Positions 34,316 to 43,961 of a stretch of 64,000 bases of DNA are shown here, piece after piece. The notes beneath the pieces are model-generated. The model did not search any database. It was not told the origin of the DNA and was given only the letters and a program-made list of their open reading frames with translations. Every line of letters starts with the position of its first letter. Positions within the stretch are counted from its first letter, which is position 1. Position numbers and translations under genes: made by a program. The DNA lies in the sequence record LT603033.1; one strand, written 5' to 3'.

Positions 34316-34513
34316 ATGCGTATTTTAACTAAAGAACAGCACCACGAAAGACTTATCAATAACATGGCTATGATAATGTATAAGTCCCATGACCGTGGTA
34401 TTGCCTATAAGCGTGAATTAATTATGGCACTATTCATTGGAACTAACTTTCAGGAAAGGTATGTCAACGATTGGATTTGGTATTTAATTGAAGATATAAC
34501 GAGTAAACTATGA
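34316..34513 (+). CDS. family B protein
   Basis: GTNFQE. Confidence 0.8.
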   Translation: MRILTKEQHHERLINNMAMIMYKSHDRGIAYKRELIMALFIGTNFQERYVNDWIWYLIEDITSKL

Positions 34514-34710
34514 AAATGCGTATTTTAAATAAAGAAGAATATCAATCACTGTTACGTAAAAACTACGTAAAGATTTACAACACAGACACACATGTAGAAC
34601 GAATGGAGTTATACCTTTTGATTACATTGGGAACAAACTATCAGGGTAGATGGGTGTGGCAATATATGGATACATTGAAAAATAAAATATTGTCCACGAG
34701 GAAACAATGA
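34510..34710 (+). CDS. family B protein
   Basis: GTNYQG. Confidence 0.8.
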   Translation: MKMRILNKEEYQSLLRKNYVKIYNTDTHVERMELYLLITLGTNYQGRWVWQYMDTLKNKILSTRKQ

Positions 34711-34916
34711 AAACTATAACACGAACCCAATCATACGGTCTTATCTTGAAATACATGGACTTAATGGTGGATATCAGCAAAGACCTGCCTAAAACTGAAA
34801 TTGAAGTTGCAAGAGCAGAGATCCGCATGTTGGCTGTACTGAACACAAACCATCAGGAAGATTATGTTGAAGAATGGATTCGATTTTTAATAGAAGATAT
34901 TAAGAGTAAAATATGA
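34707..34916 (+). CDS. family B protein
   Basis: NTNHQE. Confidence 0.8.
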   Translation: MKTITRTQSYGLILKYMDLMVDISKDLPKTEIEVARAEIRMLAVLNTNHQEDYVEEWIRFLIEDIKSKI

Positions 34917-35128
34917 TTATTATAGAAAACTCATATCAATATACTGAACGCATCGCTGCCAGACAACTTGAAATCCTCATAATATACGAAGAGACGTCTG
35001 ATTTAAACTTAGCCGAGGTATTGGAAAATGAAATACTTTTGGGTGCATTCTTGGGAACAGACTATCAGGAGTATTATGAGGAAAAGTATTTGTCATCTCT
35101 TGAGAAATACATCAGGAGCAAATTATGA
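34913..35128 (+). CDS. family B protein
   Basis: GTDYQE. Confidence 0.8.
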   Translation: MIIIENSYQYTERIAARQLEILIIYEETSDLNLAEVLENEILLGAFLGTDYQEYYEEKYLSSLEKYIRSKL

Positions 35129-35337
35129 TTATATTAACACCTGAAGAATATAAGAAACGTTTTAATTCTGTCCAGACTGAAATATTACTTATATACCTTT
35201 CAAATGCAGACCTTAACTTATCAAGGGCAATGGAGAAGGATTTACTTATGGGTGCATTTTTGGATACAGACTTTCAGGAGTATTATGTAGGGAAATACTT
35301 AATTGAACTTCAGAACTACATTAAGAGTAAACTATGA
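35125..35337 (+). CDS. family B protein
   Basis: DTDFQE. Confidence 0.8.
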   Translation: MIILTPEEYKKRFNSVQTEILLIYLSNADLNLSRAMEKDLLMGAFLDTDFQEYYVGKYLIELQNYIKSKL

Positions 35338-35561
35338 AACATTTAAGTAATATTGAGAAGATGAGAATTATCATTGATGCATTAAACAAATACGATACCC
35401 TTTTACAAATAAAAGGTTTAACTCGATTGGAACACAAGATAAACACCACCGATGTACGCATGTTGGCTGTACTGGGGACGAACTTCCAGGAAGAGTATGT
35501 TATTGCACACATAGTTGCACTCAAGAATTACATTATGGACAAATGTAATGAACATCATTAA
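35334..35561 (+). CDS. family B protein
   Basis: GTNFQE. Confidence 0.8.
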   Translation: MKHLSNIEKMRIIIDALNKYDTLLQIKGLTRLEHKINTTDVRMLAVLGTNFQEEYVIAHIVALKNYIMDKCNEHH

Positions 35562-35772
35562 TAACTTTGAATACGAGGCCCGTGCTAAGAGTGCCAGAAA
35601 AAAAGAGAACACCATTTACTTCACTATGATGTACTTACAATGGACTGAAATTGAAGAAAAGGTTGCTGAAGTATGGATGTTGGAATTCATGGGGACGCAG
35701 TATCAGAATAGGTTTGCGGGTGAGTATATCGATGTTCTTATGAAACAAATAGAAAGAAAGGAAAAGAACTAA
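35548..35772 (+). CDS. family B protein
   Basis: GTQYQN. Confidence 0.8.
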   Translation: MNIINNFEYEARAKSARKKENTIYFTMMYLQWTEIEEKVAEVWMLEFMGTQYQNRFAGEYIDVLMKQIERKEKN

Positions 35773-35930
35773 TGGTTTTCATTAACATATCTGACCAACT
35801 CGATACTAAACTAGAAGTCGAGCAGAGTGAGGGATGGATGCTGTACTTTCTTGGAACTTCTCATCAAAATTTTTATATCCATGAACACATAGTTGCACTC
35901 ACAAATCTAATAAGGGATAAATGTAAATGA
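35772..35930 (+). CDS. family B protein (short, 52 aa)
   Basis: GTSHQN; TAATG overlap; not in track. Confidence 0.7.
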   Translation: MVFINISDQLDTKLEVEQSEGWMLYFLGTSHQNFYIHEHIVALTNLIRDKCK

Positions 35931-36184
35931 AACACTTGACGGACGATGAATATTCACTTAGAATTCGAAAGCTCACCCCAGAAGCAAGAGTAATCTACGA
36001 TGACGATGCACTTTCATGGAACGAGATGAAAGTTAAAGTTCATGAGCTATGGTTGCTGTACTTTGTGGGAACCCAATATCAAGAGAAATATTGTACCGAT
36101 TATCTTGAACAACTAATGGATTTTATACAGATAAAACTAAATGAACGAATTGTGGAAAAATATGAAAACTTTATCAAGCACTGA
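35927..36184 (+). CDS. family B protein
   Basis: GTQYQE. Confidence 0.8.
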   Translation: MKHLTDDEYSLRIRKLTPEARVIYDDDALSWNEMKVKVHELWLLYFVGTQYQEKYCTDYLEQLMDFIQIKLNERIVEKYENFIKH

Positions 36185-36413
36185 GTATCAGACTGCCCTC
36201 TTCTCTCTTCTAAACACCCTTCGCACTAACAATAAACTTTATAATTCCCGTGAAGCTGATATCGTCAACGCTGATGTATATCTTAATAAATTCATAGGGA
36301 CTAACTATCAAGAACTGTTCACTCTACGATATATCTCTGCATTGAGAAACGAAATATCAGATAAAACCCGCCAAGCCAGAAGAGAATGGAATAAACAATG
36401 CGACAAAGACTAA
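36162..36413 (+). CDS. family B protein
   Basis: GTNYQE. Confidence 0.8.
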   Translation: MKTLSSTEYQTALFSLLNTLRTNNKLYNSREADIVNADVYLNKFIGTNYQELFTLRYISALRNEISDKTRQARREWNKQCDKD

Positions 36414-36646
36414 ATCACAAAATGTATTGTAAACTATTGCAGACACTGGCACAGAAACACTATGACACGGTATCTGAAATATTACCCTATGATATCATGC
36501 GTTTACTTCACTGTGAAGCCGAGATGCTTGTACTGATGACAGGCACTGATAAAACAGCAATCGCCAGATCGATAGAGCAATATATTGATGCACACTACCA
36601 ACACATGAGAACCGAAATCTGGAGGAAAGAGAATGATAATTCTTAA
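36398..36646 (+). CDS. family B protein (divergent)
   Basis: GTDKTA. Confidence 0.75.
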   Translation: MRQRLNHKMYCKLLQTLAQKHYDTVSEILPYDIMRLLHCEAEMLVLMTGTDKTAIARSIEQYIDAHYQHMRTEIWRKENDNS

Positions 36647-36848
36647 TGAGTATCAGTATCATTGGAGGTTACAAACTATCAAATCAAAAGTGTATAGTAT
36701 TGTGTTAAACAAATCTATTGCACAAGAGGACAAATGTGTTATAATAGCTGAAATGAAGTTGGGTGTATTCGTAGGGACAAACTATCAAAACATCTACACT
36801 GACGTATTATTAAGTTCCTTACGTAACAAGGTGGTATCCAAAATATGA
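36633..36848 (+). CDS. family B protein
   Basis: GTNYQN. Confidence 0.8.
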   Translation: MIILNEYQYHWRLQTIKSKVYSIVLNKSIAQEDKCVIIAEMKLGVFVGTNYQNIYTDVLLSSLRNKVVSKI

Positions 36849-37063
36849 GAAATTTACAAGGCTTTGAATACATCAGACTCCTGAAAACATGTGGAAGCAG
36901 AAGGAGAATGATATCAAGCGATAAGAGCATCCAAGCTAACCTTAAGCACGCACTAGTAACTGAACTCTATGTAGGTGCACTCTTAGGCACAAACTATCAA
37001 CAAATGTATGTAGATCTATGGATTGACGCTCTACAGAAAGAGGTTAAAAGTAAATGCAAATGA
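36845..37063 (+). CDS. family B protein
   Basis: GTNYQQ. Confidence 0.8.
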   Translation: MRNLQGFEYIRLLKTCGSRRRMISSDKSIQANLKHALVTELYVGALLGTNYQQMYVDLWIDALQKEVKSKCK

Positions 37064-37272
37064 TTAATTTAAGTAAAGACGAATTTTATGTTATACTGGC
37101 GAAAACTTATCCAGCACGTAAGGCCGTTTATGATAGTCACATTATTGAACCCTCAAAGAAGTTGATTTTAGTAAATGAGATAAAGATGCTTTCAGTCTTA
37201 GGAACAAACTATCAAGAGAATGCTGTACTGATGTTAATTGATGCCCTCCAGCGAGAGGTTAAACGTAAATGA
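37054..37272 (+). CDS. family B protein
   Basis: GTNYQE. Confidence 0.8.
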   Translation: MQMINLSKDEFYVILAKTYPARKAVYDSHIIEPSKKLILVNEIKMLSVLGTNYQENAVLMLIDALQREVKRK

Positions 37273-37499
37273 AAATGATTCATTTAACTTACCATGAATA
37301 TCAAAAACGTTTAAATGCATCCAGAGATATAAGGATTCAAATATTCAATAACAAAAGATTGAAGCCTGATATCAGAAAAATCAAAATTATAGAAGCAGAG
37401 TTATGCAACTTTCTAGGGACCAACTATCAGGCAGGTAAGGTAAAAAACTATCTTAGAGAACTAATGAATAGTATTGAAAATAAATGTAAGGGTAATTAA
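37269..37499 (+). CDS. family B protein
   Basis: GTNYQA. Confidence 0.8.
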   Translation: MKMIHLTYHEYQKRLNASRDIRIQIFNNKRLKPDIRKIKIIEAELCNFLGTNYQAGKVKNYLRELMNSIENKCKGN

Positions 37500-37500
37500 C

Positions 37501-37740
37501 ATGAAAATGATTAAATTATCTCAAGCAAAATATAAAGAACGCCTGGTAAAAATTGCACCTGGACTTAATGAAATCCATCACGGAGAAGTCATTAAACACG
37601 GAAATAAGATGATTATGAAACTTGAGTTAAAGGTGGGTGCATTCATAGGAACAAACTATCAGGAGTATTATGTAGATGAATACATAATCGCACTTAAGAG
37701 ATATATTGGAAGAAAACTATATCTACAAACTAAAGAATAG
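37501..37740 (+). CDS. family B protein
   Basis: GTNYQE. Confidence 0.8.
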   Translation: MKMIKLSQAKYKERLVKIAPGLNEIHHGEVIKHGNKMIMKLELKVGAFIGTNYQEYYVDEYIIALKRYIGRKLYLQTKE

Positions 37741-37769
37741 TATTGAAAATAAATGTGAGGTTGATGAAC

Positions 37770-38033
37770 ATGCAAATGATCAATTTAAGTAAAGATGAAT
37801 ATACCGAGCGTATGACAAAAATTACGCACAAACGTAATACAATCTATCACAACCCAGAAATTCAACACAGTAAGAAAATGATTATGATGCGTGAGTTAAA
37901 GATGGGTGTATTCTTAGGAACAAACTATCAAGATACAGAAGTAAATCGCTTAATCGCGGAGTTACTACTGGAAATCAGAGGTAAGCTGTACTTTCATCAA
38001 ATGACCCAACCACTGAGGTGTACTAAGAAATGA
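37770..38033 (+). CDS. family B protein
   Basis: GTNYQD. Confidence 0.8.
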   Translation: MQMINLSKDEYTERMTKITHKRNTIYHNPEIQHSKKMIMMRELKMGVFLGTNYQDTEVNRLIAELLLEIRGKLYFHQMTQPLRCTKK

Positions 38034-38245
38034 TCAACATCACATTGCAAGAAAGATTCATCCGAATCAACTATGCAATTACCAAATTAGATGCTACTAT
38101 AGGATTCCAAAGTCTACCATACAAAACCAGATTGTTATTAGAGTGTGAAGCTAAGTTGGGTGTACTGTTAGGGACGCAACACCAACAACGATATGTGGAA
38201 ATCTGGATTGACCTTTTAACCCAAAATATATATGAGAGAATGTAA
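38030..38245 (+). CDS. family B protein
   Basis: GTQHQQ. Confidence 0.8.
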   Translation: MINITLQERFIRINYAITKLDATIGFQSLPYKTRLLLECEAKLGVLLGTQHQQRYVEIWIDLLTQNIYERM

Positions 38246-38476
38246 ATGCAAAATGAAATGATATACTTAACGAATGAAGAATTTCAAGAGAAGATGTTAA
38301 AAACCAAAAACATTACTCTTAAGTTCGGTCCAAATCAATCAATATCTGAAGTATCTGCAAATGTATTGTTTCAGAAGCTACCATACGTTCTTGGAACTGA
38401 TAAACAAGAATTTATGGTTCAAAATATGATTGAACATCTTATGATGAGTATTAAGGAAAAAGTAAATGCAAAATGA
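38246..38476 (+). CDS. family B protein
   Basis: GTDKQE. Confidence 0.8.
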   Translation: MQNEMIYLTNEEFQEKMLKTKNITLKFGPNQSISEVSANVLFQKLPYVLGTDKQEFMVQNMIEHLMMSIKEKVNAK

Positions 38477-38720
38477 AATGATATACTTAACCTATAATGA
38501 ATACGTCGAGAGATTAGTTCGTGCCAAGAGATATACCAATAAACGTCCAATTGACCTAAACCAAACCCCAGCAGAAAGGAGTGCAGAAGTATTATTCCAA
38601 TCACTACCATACCTTCTTGGAACTGATAGACAAGAGGAATATGTTGCACGTATGATTAGATATCTTAAAATCACTATTAAGGAAAAAGTAAATGCAAATG
38701 AAATACTTAACAGACGATGA
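38466..38720 (+). CDS. family B protein
   Basis: GTDRQE. Confidence 0.8.
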   Translation: MQNEMIYLTYNEYVERLVRAKRYTNKRPIDLNQTPAERSAEVLFQSLPYLLGTDRQEEYVARMIRYLKITIKEKVNANEILNRR

Positions 38721-38943
38721 GTTAAAAGAACGACTAATTAAATCAAGAAAACATACAAATCAACTTCCAAACGACACAAACAAGTCTCCAGCGGAAAGGA
38801 GTGCAGAAGTTTTATACATTCAACTCATGTACTTTCTTGGCACTGACAGACAAGAGTATTACATTGAAAGTATGCTTCGATATCTTAAATTCTCTATAAA
38901 GGAAAAGATACATGATCAAGTATTTAAAAATCCTAACAGTTAA
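38692..38943 (+). CDS. family B protein
   Basis: GTDRQE. Confidence 0.8.
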   Translation: MQMKYLTDDELKERLIKSRKHTNQLPNDTNKSPAERSAEVLYIQLMYFLGTDRQEYYIESMLRYLKFSIKEKIHDQVFKNPNS

Positions 38944-39154
38944 TGAATATCATAAGATTGTAATGAAAACTAATAGTGATTACGCTAAAAAATCAAACCC
39001 AAAGTACATACTGGAACACACATTTGAAGAACGTCAATTAGCTTTAGTTGAAGCAAAACTTCTTGCACTCCTAGGAACAAACTATCAGGAAGAATACATC
39101 AGAAAACTAATATACCTTTTAACTAAACATATAAGAAAAAGAAAAAATGCATGA
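38912..39154 (+). CDS. family B protein
   Basis: GTNYQE. Confidence 0.8.
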   Translation: MIKYLKILTVNEYHKIVMKTNSDYAKKSNPKYILEHTFEERQLALVEAKLLALLGTNYQEEYIRKLIYLLTKHIRKRKNA

Positions 39155-39381
39155 AACACTTGACAGATGATGAACATGGACTTATAGTAATGGATGTAAT
39201 CAACATCGAATACAAAAAGTTGATACGCTACCGTTGTTATGAAGATAAGCAACTCGTTCTAGCAGAACAGAAGTTGTTTCGACTCTTAAACACAAACTTC
39301 CAAGCACAATACGAAGAATCGTATATGTACCTTTTGGCGAGGAAAGCAAAAAGAGATTATGAAAATTTTAAGCAAAGGTGA
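39151..39381 (+). CDS. family B protein
   Basis: NTNFQA. Confidence 0.8.
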   Translation: MKHLTDDEHGLIVMDVINIEYKKLIRYRCYEDKQLVLAEQKLFRLLNTNFQAQYEESYMYLLARKAKRDYENFKQR

Positions 39382-39580
39382 TTCAGTAATATTACTTATA
39401 GAGAGTTCAAGTAAATTCTTAAACATAACACTGTCTGATATAGATGAAGATGACAAAGAAGTACTGAGAGCAGATTTAAGAGTACTGTTACATATCGGAA
39501 CAAACCTACAAGAAGAATATGTAGAGTGCTACATTAATGAACTTAAAGAATCAGTACTGAGAAAATGCAAATGCAAATGA
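39359..39580 (+). CDS. family B protein
   Basis: GTNLQE. Confidence 0.8.
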   Translation: MKILSKGDSVILLIESSSKFLNITLSDIDEDDKEVLRADLRVLLHIGTNLQEEYVECYINELKESVLRKCKCK

Positions 39581-39804
39581 AAATCATTTCACCCACAGAA
39601 TACAACCAACTATTAAGTAGTTTAATTCTAAAGCTGTTTATAACAAAAAGCATGAAATTACCAGATGATGAAATAAGTATTCTAGTAAGTGAAATCTATG
39701 TTCAAGCTACACTAGGGACTAACTATCAAGAATGCAATATTAATGATTACATCAATGAACTAAAAAGGTTTATCCAATGCAAATGCGAATCATTACCGAA
39801 GTAG
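39565..39804 (+). CDS. family B protein
   Basis: GTNYQE. Confidence 0.8.
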   Translation: MQMQMKIISPTEYNQLLSSLILKLFITKSMKLPDDEISILVSEIYVQATLGTNYQECNINDYINELKRFIQCKCESLPK

Positions 39805-40019
39805 AATACCTAACAATCATAAATGGACTGTTTTCGAAGTTATTTGCCATTAACACATCAAAACTTCCAGATTCTGATAAAATTATTAAGTTAAATGAAA
39901 TCTACGTTCAAGCTACTCTAGGAACAAACTATCAAGAAGCCAATGTGTATAATTACATTAATACACTCAAAAGGGTAATACAATTAAAATGCACAGACAG
40001 CACACACACAAACCCCTAG
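39777..40019 (+). CDS. family B protein
   Basis: GTNYQE. Confidence 0.8.
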   Translation: MQMRIITEVEYLTIINGLFSKLFAINTSKLPDSDKIIKLNEIYVQATLGTNYQEANVYNYINTLKRVIQLKCTDSTHTNP

Positions 40020-40219
40020 GAACAGCAGAATACATTGAACTAATGGCTGCAAACTTCTCATCCTTTAAGAAACTGATGCAAGAATCAAAGAATGATTTAG
40101 AATATCACATCAAAAGTTCAGATTTAAGATTGCTACTCACTCTAGGAACAGATTCCCAAGAGCGATTTGTCAATGAGCATATTAGAGCACTTTTAAATGG
40201 CATCAGGAATAAACTATGA
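39989..40219 (+). CDS. family B protein
   Basis: GTDSQE. Confidence 0.8.
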   Translation: MHRQHTHKPLGTAEYIELMAANFSSFKKLMQESKNDLEYHIKSSDLRLLLTLGTDSQERFVNEHIRALLNGIRNKL

Positions 40220-40431
40220 AGGAAATATCAAATCAAGAGTACTTGGCACTATTCAGGAAGAATAATCACAAATATATGGCACTTGATTCAAGAACTGATA
40301 TAAGTGAACTTGAAAAAAATCTTTTGCGTTCAGAGATGATAGTACTGACACTCTTAGGAACACAGCATCAAGAGAGAACTGTTAATTCACACATAGGGAT
40401 TCTTATGCAGATAGTTCAGGAAAAGATATGA
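40216..40431 (+). CDS. family B protein
   Basis: GTQHQE. Confidence 0.8.
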   Translation: MKEISNQEYLALFRKNNHKYMALDSRTDISELEKNLLRSEMIVLTLLGTQHQERTVNSHIGILMQIVQEKI

Positions 40432-40649
40432 GAATCATAACACAACAAGATATTCTTAAGTTCACAAGGGTTCATGCATCTGAATTTGATGCTATATTAT
40501 CAAAAAGTTACAACAACCCTTATACACAAGATGTACATTACAGTGAATTATGGATGTATATACTTTTAGGTACAAATAAGCAAGAGCAAGCCGTACAGAA
40601 GTATTTGACAGCTTTACGTGATGCTACTGCTAATGGAGTATGTGTTTAA
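40428..40649 (+). CDS. family B protein
   Basis: GTNKQE. Confidence 0.8.
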   Translation: MRIITQQDILKFTRVHASEFDAILSKSYNNPYTQDVHYSELWMYILLGTNKQEQAVQKYLTALRDATANGVCV

Positions 40650-40650
40650 T

Positions 40651-40893
40651 ATGAAAGTACTGACAGAACTAGAAATGTATCATAGATTTAATAAGTACTA
40701 TCATTTACTTAAGCCTATACAGAGGATTAAATGTCCATTTGAAGAGAAACAGGTTTTAATCTATGAGCACAAGTTCTTTGTATCATTAGGTACAGATCAA
40801 CAAGAGTACTATTTGACGTTGTACTTGATTACATTAATAGATTTAATTCACTATAAAACCAAACAAGCTAATAAAGAGAAATATGAAAACTAA
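40651..40893 (+). CDS. family B protein
   Basis: GTDQQE. Confidence 0.8.
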   Translation: MKVLTELEMYHRFNKYYHLLKPIQRIKCPFEEKQVLIYEHKFFVSLGTDQQEYYLTLYLITLIDLIHYKTKQANKEKYEN

Positions 40894-41227
40894 TATACAA
40901 CTCAAGGTATATAAATCATTTGAACATACATATATCAAAAGTAGTCTATGTAGAGATGTAATGGATTACAAGGGTAAGCCATTCACAATTACCTATGATT
41001 CTTATGTTAGTGATTTATATATATCATTTGTTAATTACGAAAATAAAATATACAAGCACGTTGATATTAAAGATTTAAGTACTTTATCACCAGAGGAATA
41101 CTTTCAGGAATCATTAGTATGGGATTTAGAGTTTCCTATGCCATTAGTACATAAGATGATAGTACTAATGAAAGAATCTAAACAGGAGCCTAATGGTGAT
41201 TATGAAGAACACACAGTTGAGTACTGA
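40883..41227 (+). CDS. family C protein
   Basis: LSPEEYFQESLVWD. Confidence 0.8.
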   Translation: MKTNIQLKVYKSFEHTYIKSSLCRDVMDYKGKPFTITYDSYVSDLYISFVNYENKIYKHVDIKDLSTLSPEEYFQESLVWDLEFPMPLVHKMIVLMKESKQEPNGDYEEHTVEY

Positions 41228-41588
41228 TAATATTAAGAGTTATACAAGCTCAAGTACTGTGACAATCGAAGTGAATTCTATTAATGCTGGTAATGCAGTA
41301 GATAAGTTCTTTATTGCTCAAGGGTACAGGAAAGATATTCATCAATATTGTTCAGTATATGGGGAGTACAATAGTACTGAAGATATAATTTATTGGTCAA
41401 CACATCAAGATTATCTAACTAAAATTGGCGTTCCAGATGTTAGTACTTTATCTGAAGAAGAATACTTTCAGTACAGCTTAGTACATGATGTACCTATACC
41501 TTTAGGGTTAATCAAGGGTATACAGGAAGAGGTTCATAAGCTTAAATCCATGAGTAAAGGTACTTTCATTAGAACAGTGCAATACTAG
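41193..41588 (+). CDS. family C protein
   Basis: LSEEEYFQYSLVHD. Confidence 0.8.
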   Translation: MVIMKNTQLSTDNIKSYTSSSTVTIEVNSINAGNAVDKFFIAQGYRKDIHQYCSVYGEYNSTEDIIYWSTHQDYLTKIGVPDVSTLSEEEYFQYSLVHDVPIPLGLIKGIQEEVHKLKSMSKGTFIRTVQY

Positions 41589-41589
41589 C

Positions 41590-41618
41590 TTGACAGTACT
41601 TTTCATTACTGATATAGT
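41590..41618 (+). promoter_or_regulatory. sigma70 promoter, extended -10
   Basis: TTGACA-17-TGaTATAGT. Confidence 0.7.
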
Positions 41619-41649
41619 ACCTGTACGTTAATCATTAGGGTAGAAAATT

Positions 41650-41895
41650 ATGTTAAATTTTTTAAATTTCCTTATCGTCTTGTGTATTGTTCTTGGGATT
41701 GCACCATTTGTATTATATTTCATGGATTCAGATGAAATGCAGAAGATGAATTGCACAAGGACAGGACAGAGTAGAGTAGAGACGATTCTTATGCCTGTTA
41801 CGGTTATTGTTAACAACATGCCCATTACGAACATGGTCCCTACCCTAACGACAACGTACCAGTACTCTTGTGCTGACGGAGAGAGGTGGAGATGA
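41650..41895 (+). CDS. membrane-anchored hypothetical protein
   Basis: N-terminal hydrophobic helix; Cys pair in the soluble part. Confidence 0.7.
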   Translation: MLNFLNFLIVLCIVLGIAPFVLYFMDSDEMQKMNCTRTGQSRVETILMPVTVIVNNMPITNMVPTLTTTYQYSCADGERWR

Positions 41896-42203
41896 AATTT
41901 AATATAGCAAAAACATCTAATATATGTATATTTGGTTATGCCGAAGAGTTGGGTGATATTGACATTCTTTTGTACAAAAAGGATGGTGTTATGCATTTCA
42001 AGTACCAGGATGAAGAGGCAGACAATTATCTTTTACCTAATTTAGTACAAATGCAGGAAGATGAATTATTCCAGTACAGCTTAGTATACGACATTGATAT
42101 TTGCACGATGCCAGTACTAATTAGTATTCAAAAAGTGATGCTCGATATGTATGATAAGCTAATACAAGGTATGTCAGGGAGGATCATTGAAATTGACATA
42201 TAA
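41886..42203 (+). CDS. family C protein
   Basis: MQEDELFQYSLVYD. Confidence 0.8.
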   Translation: MEMKFNIAKTSNICIFGYAEELGDIDILLYKKDGVMHFKYQDEEADNYLLPNLVQMQEDELFQYSLVYDIDICTMPVLISIQKVMLDMYDKLIQGMSGRIIEIDI

Positions 42204-42399
42204 GAATATACCTAATGCATATGAAATGAAGTACAGGGAGTTTATTAAAAATGTACACACCGATCCTTTTAATATCAAAATATCAGATTTTGATGTATTA
42301 TTTTATCTAGGGACAATAGCACAGGATCAATGCGTTGATAAGCTCATATGGTCCTTGAAAATGGAGATACAATGCAGACCCAAATATATAAAAAGGTAG
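42187..42399 (+). CDS. family B protein (dispersed)
   Basis: FYLGTIAQD. Confidence 0.75.
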   Translation: MKLTYKNIPNAYEMKYREFIKNVHTDPFNIKISDFDVLFYLGTIAQDQCVDKLIWSLKMEIQCRPKYIKR

Positions 42400-42635
42400 A
42401 TTCTTTATTGTACGCTTCAAAGTACAGGGATTTTTGTTTACGAGGGGGAGAGGAAGATTTCTCTCTGAGATTATCTGAATTTAATATGTTATTTTATCTT
42501 GGTACAAAAGATCAAGAAGATACAGTACAGAAATTTATCAAGCACCTTGAACAAAAAATTCATATGCAAATTTTTATGCTTAAGGTACATAATGAGATAA
42601 ACAAATATGAACCCAACAATAGTACAGGATCTTAA
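42348..42635 (+). CDS. family B protein (dispersed; start uncertain)
   Basis: FYLGTKDQE. Confidence 0.7.
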   Translation: MVLENGDTMQTQIYKKVDSLLYASKYRDFCLRGGEEDFSLRLSEFNMLFYLGTKDQEDTVQKFIKHLEQKIHMQIFMLKVHNEINKYEPNNSTGS

Positions 42636-42993
42636 AAAAGTAATATTTCTTTTGAATACCAGAAGTGAATTGTATACAGAGTTAAAAGAGATTAATGCAT
42701 TTTATCAGAATTTTGTAATCCAAGAGATCAGTGATTTAATTACAGATGCATTATTTGAATTATCGGAGAAATACAAAGGTTCAGAGTTCAGTGTTAAGAA
42801 TGTTATTCGTCCAAGTGCAAGGAAAATTATATTATCACATTTTACATTTGACAATAAAGATTTATTCAGTCATAATCCAAGTACAGCTTTATATTTTATT
42901 CCTGATTCAGACAAAAATCATCCTATTCATTACGGATGGATTTTGTCATATATAGTACAAGGAAAGGAGTATCCTATTAAATGGAAAGATTAG
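42607..42993 (+). CDS. hypothetical protein
   Basis: 128-aa ORF in the operon. Confidence 0.7.
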   Translation: MNPTIVQDLKKVIFLLNTRSELYTELKEINAFYQNFVIQEISDLITDALFELSEKYKGSEFSVKNVIRPSARKIILSHFTFDNKDLFSHNPSTALYFIPDSDKNHPIHYGWILSYIVQGKEYPIKWKD

Positions 42994-43142
42994 GGCGATT
43001 AGATTATTACACAATTAATACAAATTATTTGTTGCGTAATATAAAATCCGATTACAAAATATGGATAAAGAACAGAGATAGCATGTGTTATGAATTTTAT
43101 TTAGATTATGCTATCAAACGATTTTTAAGAGAAGAACATTAA
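42981..43142 (+). CDS. small hypothetical protein (53 aa)
   Basis: AAGGAG RBS; fills the operon gap. Confidence 0.55.
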   Translation: MERLGRLDYYTINTNYLLRNIKSDYKIWIKNRDSMCYEFYLDYAIKRFLREEH

Positions 43143-43345
43143 TGCAAAAGATTAATACGATAACATTAAATGCATTACAGGATTCATTATTAGATAGTAT
43201 TAAGATGTATTACAATATACATTTGAAGGGTGGTATTGATAATTACGATTATTATTTGAGTTTAATTACATTTGAGCACCTTTCAGTACAGGACAGGATT
43301 TTACATCCTACAAATCCTAGGTATCCATCGATAGGTAAATTATGA
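43142..43345 (+). CDS. hypothetical protein
   Basis: TAATG coupling. Confidence 0.65.
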   Translation: MQKINTITLNALQDSLLDSIKMYYNIHLKGGIDNYDYYLSLITFEHLSVQDRILHPTNPRYPSIGKL

Positions 43346-43890
43346 ATGAGATAGAGTTATTAGCACACAAGATAAGTACAATAATGCTTATCCTCAATAA
43401 CAACCATCCTATATCGCATATAGATGGAATCCTGAGTCAGAGGACAGGTGGTAGTTTATATTTGTCCATAAACGCAGATATCGCAAGGAAATACATTGAT
43501 ATTGATGTTGAAATCGAATATGATACAACGGGGATTGTTGATGTAGGTGCATTAATCAGTTCAAATCCAGTATCAGCATCCCCATTGACCAAAGATGTTA
43601 GTACAGGATTCGAAGGATATTTGTGGTACAATACCAATGATGATTATTTTATATATCAGCATTCCAATACAAATTATGATGAAGACAAATTTCAGTTCAT
43701 AGACCCTTATGATGAAGCTGAAGTATTTCAAAAATCATTAATCACAAAACCGCATGAGATGATGTATCTAATGTTATTCAGTACAATGCATTTGAATCCA
43801 TTAATTAAAGGTTTAAAATTTTATATTCAATTAAATTTAGTCCATGTAGTTTATGATTTATTAATGCAAGGATATAGTTATGAAGTATAA
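43342..43890 (+). CDS. family C protein
   Basis: DEAEVFQKSL; duplicate of 43962-44468. Confidence 0.8.
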   Translation: MNEIELLAHKISTIMLILNNNHPISHIDGILSQRTGGSLYLSINADIARKYIDIDVEIEYDTTGIVDVGALISSNPVSASPLTKDVSTGFEGYLWYNTNDDYFIYQHSNTNYDEDKFQFIDPYDEAEVFQKSLITKPHEMMYLMLFSTMHLNPLIKGLKFYIQLNLVHVVYDLLMQGYSYEV

Positions 43891-43938
43891 AATGATGTAT
43901 ACCCCAAGATATGATTTATGTTGAATTAGAAGATGATG
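43880..43938 (+). pseudogene. frameshifted 5' fragment of the 44458 gene (duplication scar)
   Basis: ATGAAGTATAAAATGATGTATACCCC(A)AGATATGATTTATGTTGAATTAGAAGATGATG matches 44458 onward with one extra A. Confidence 0.75.
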
Positions 43939-43961
43939 CATCCATCAATAGGTAATAATAT

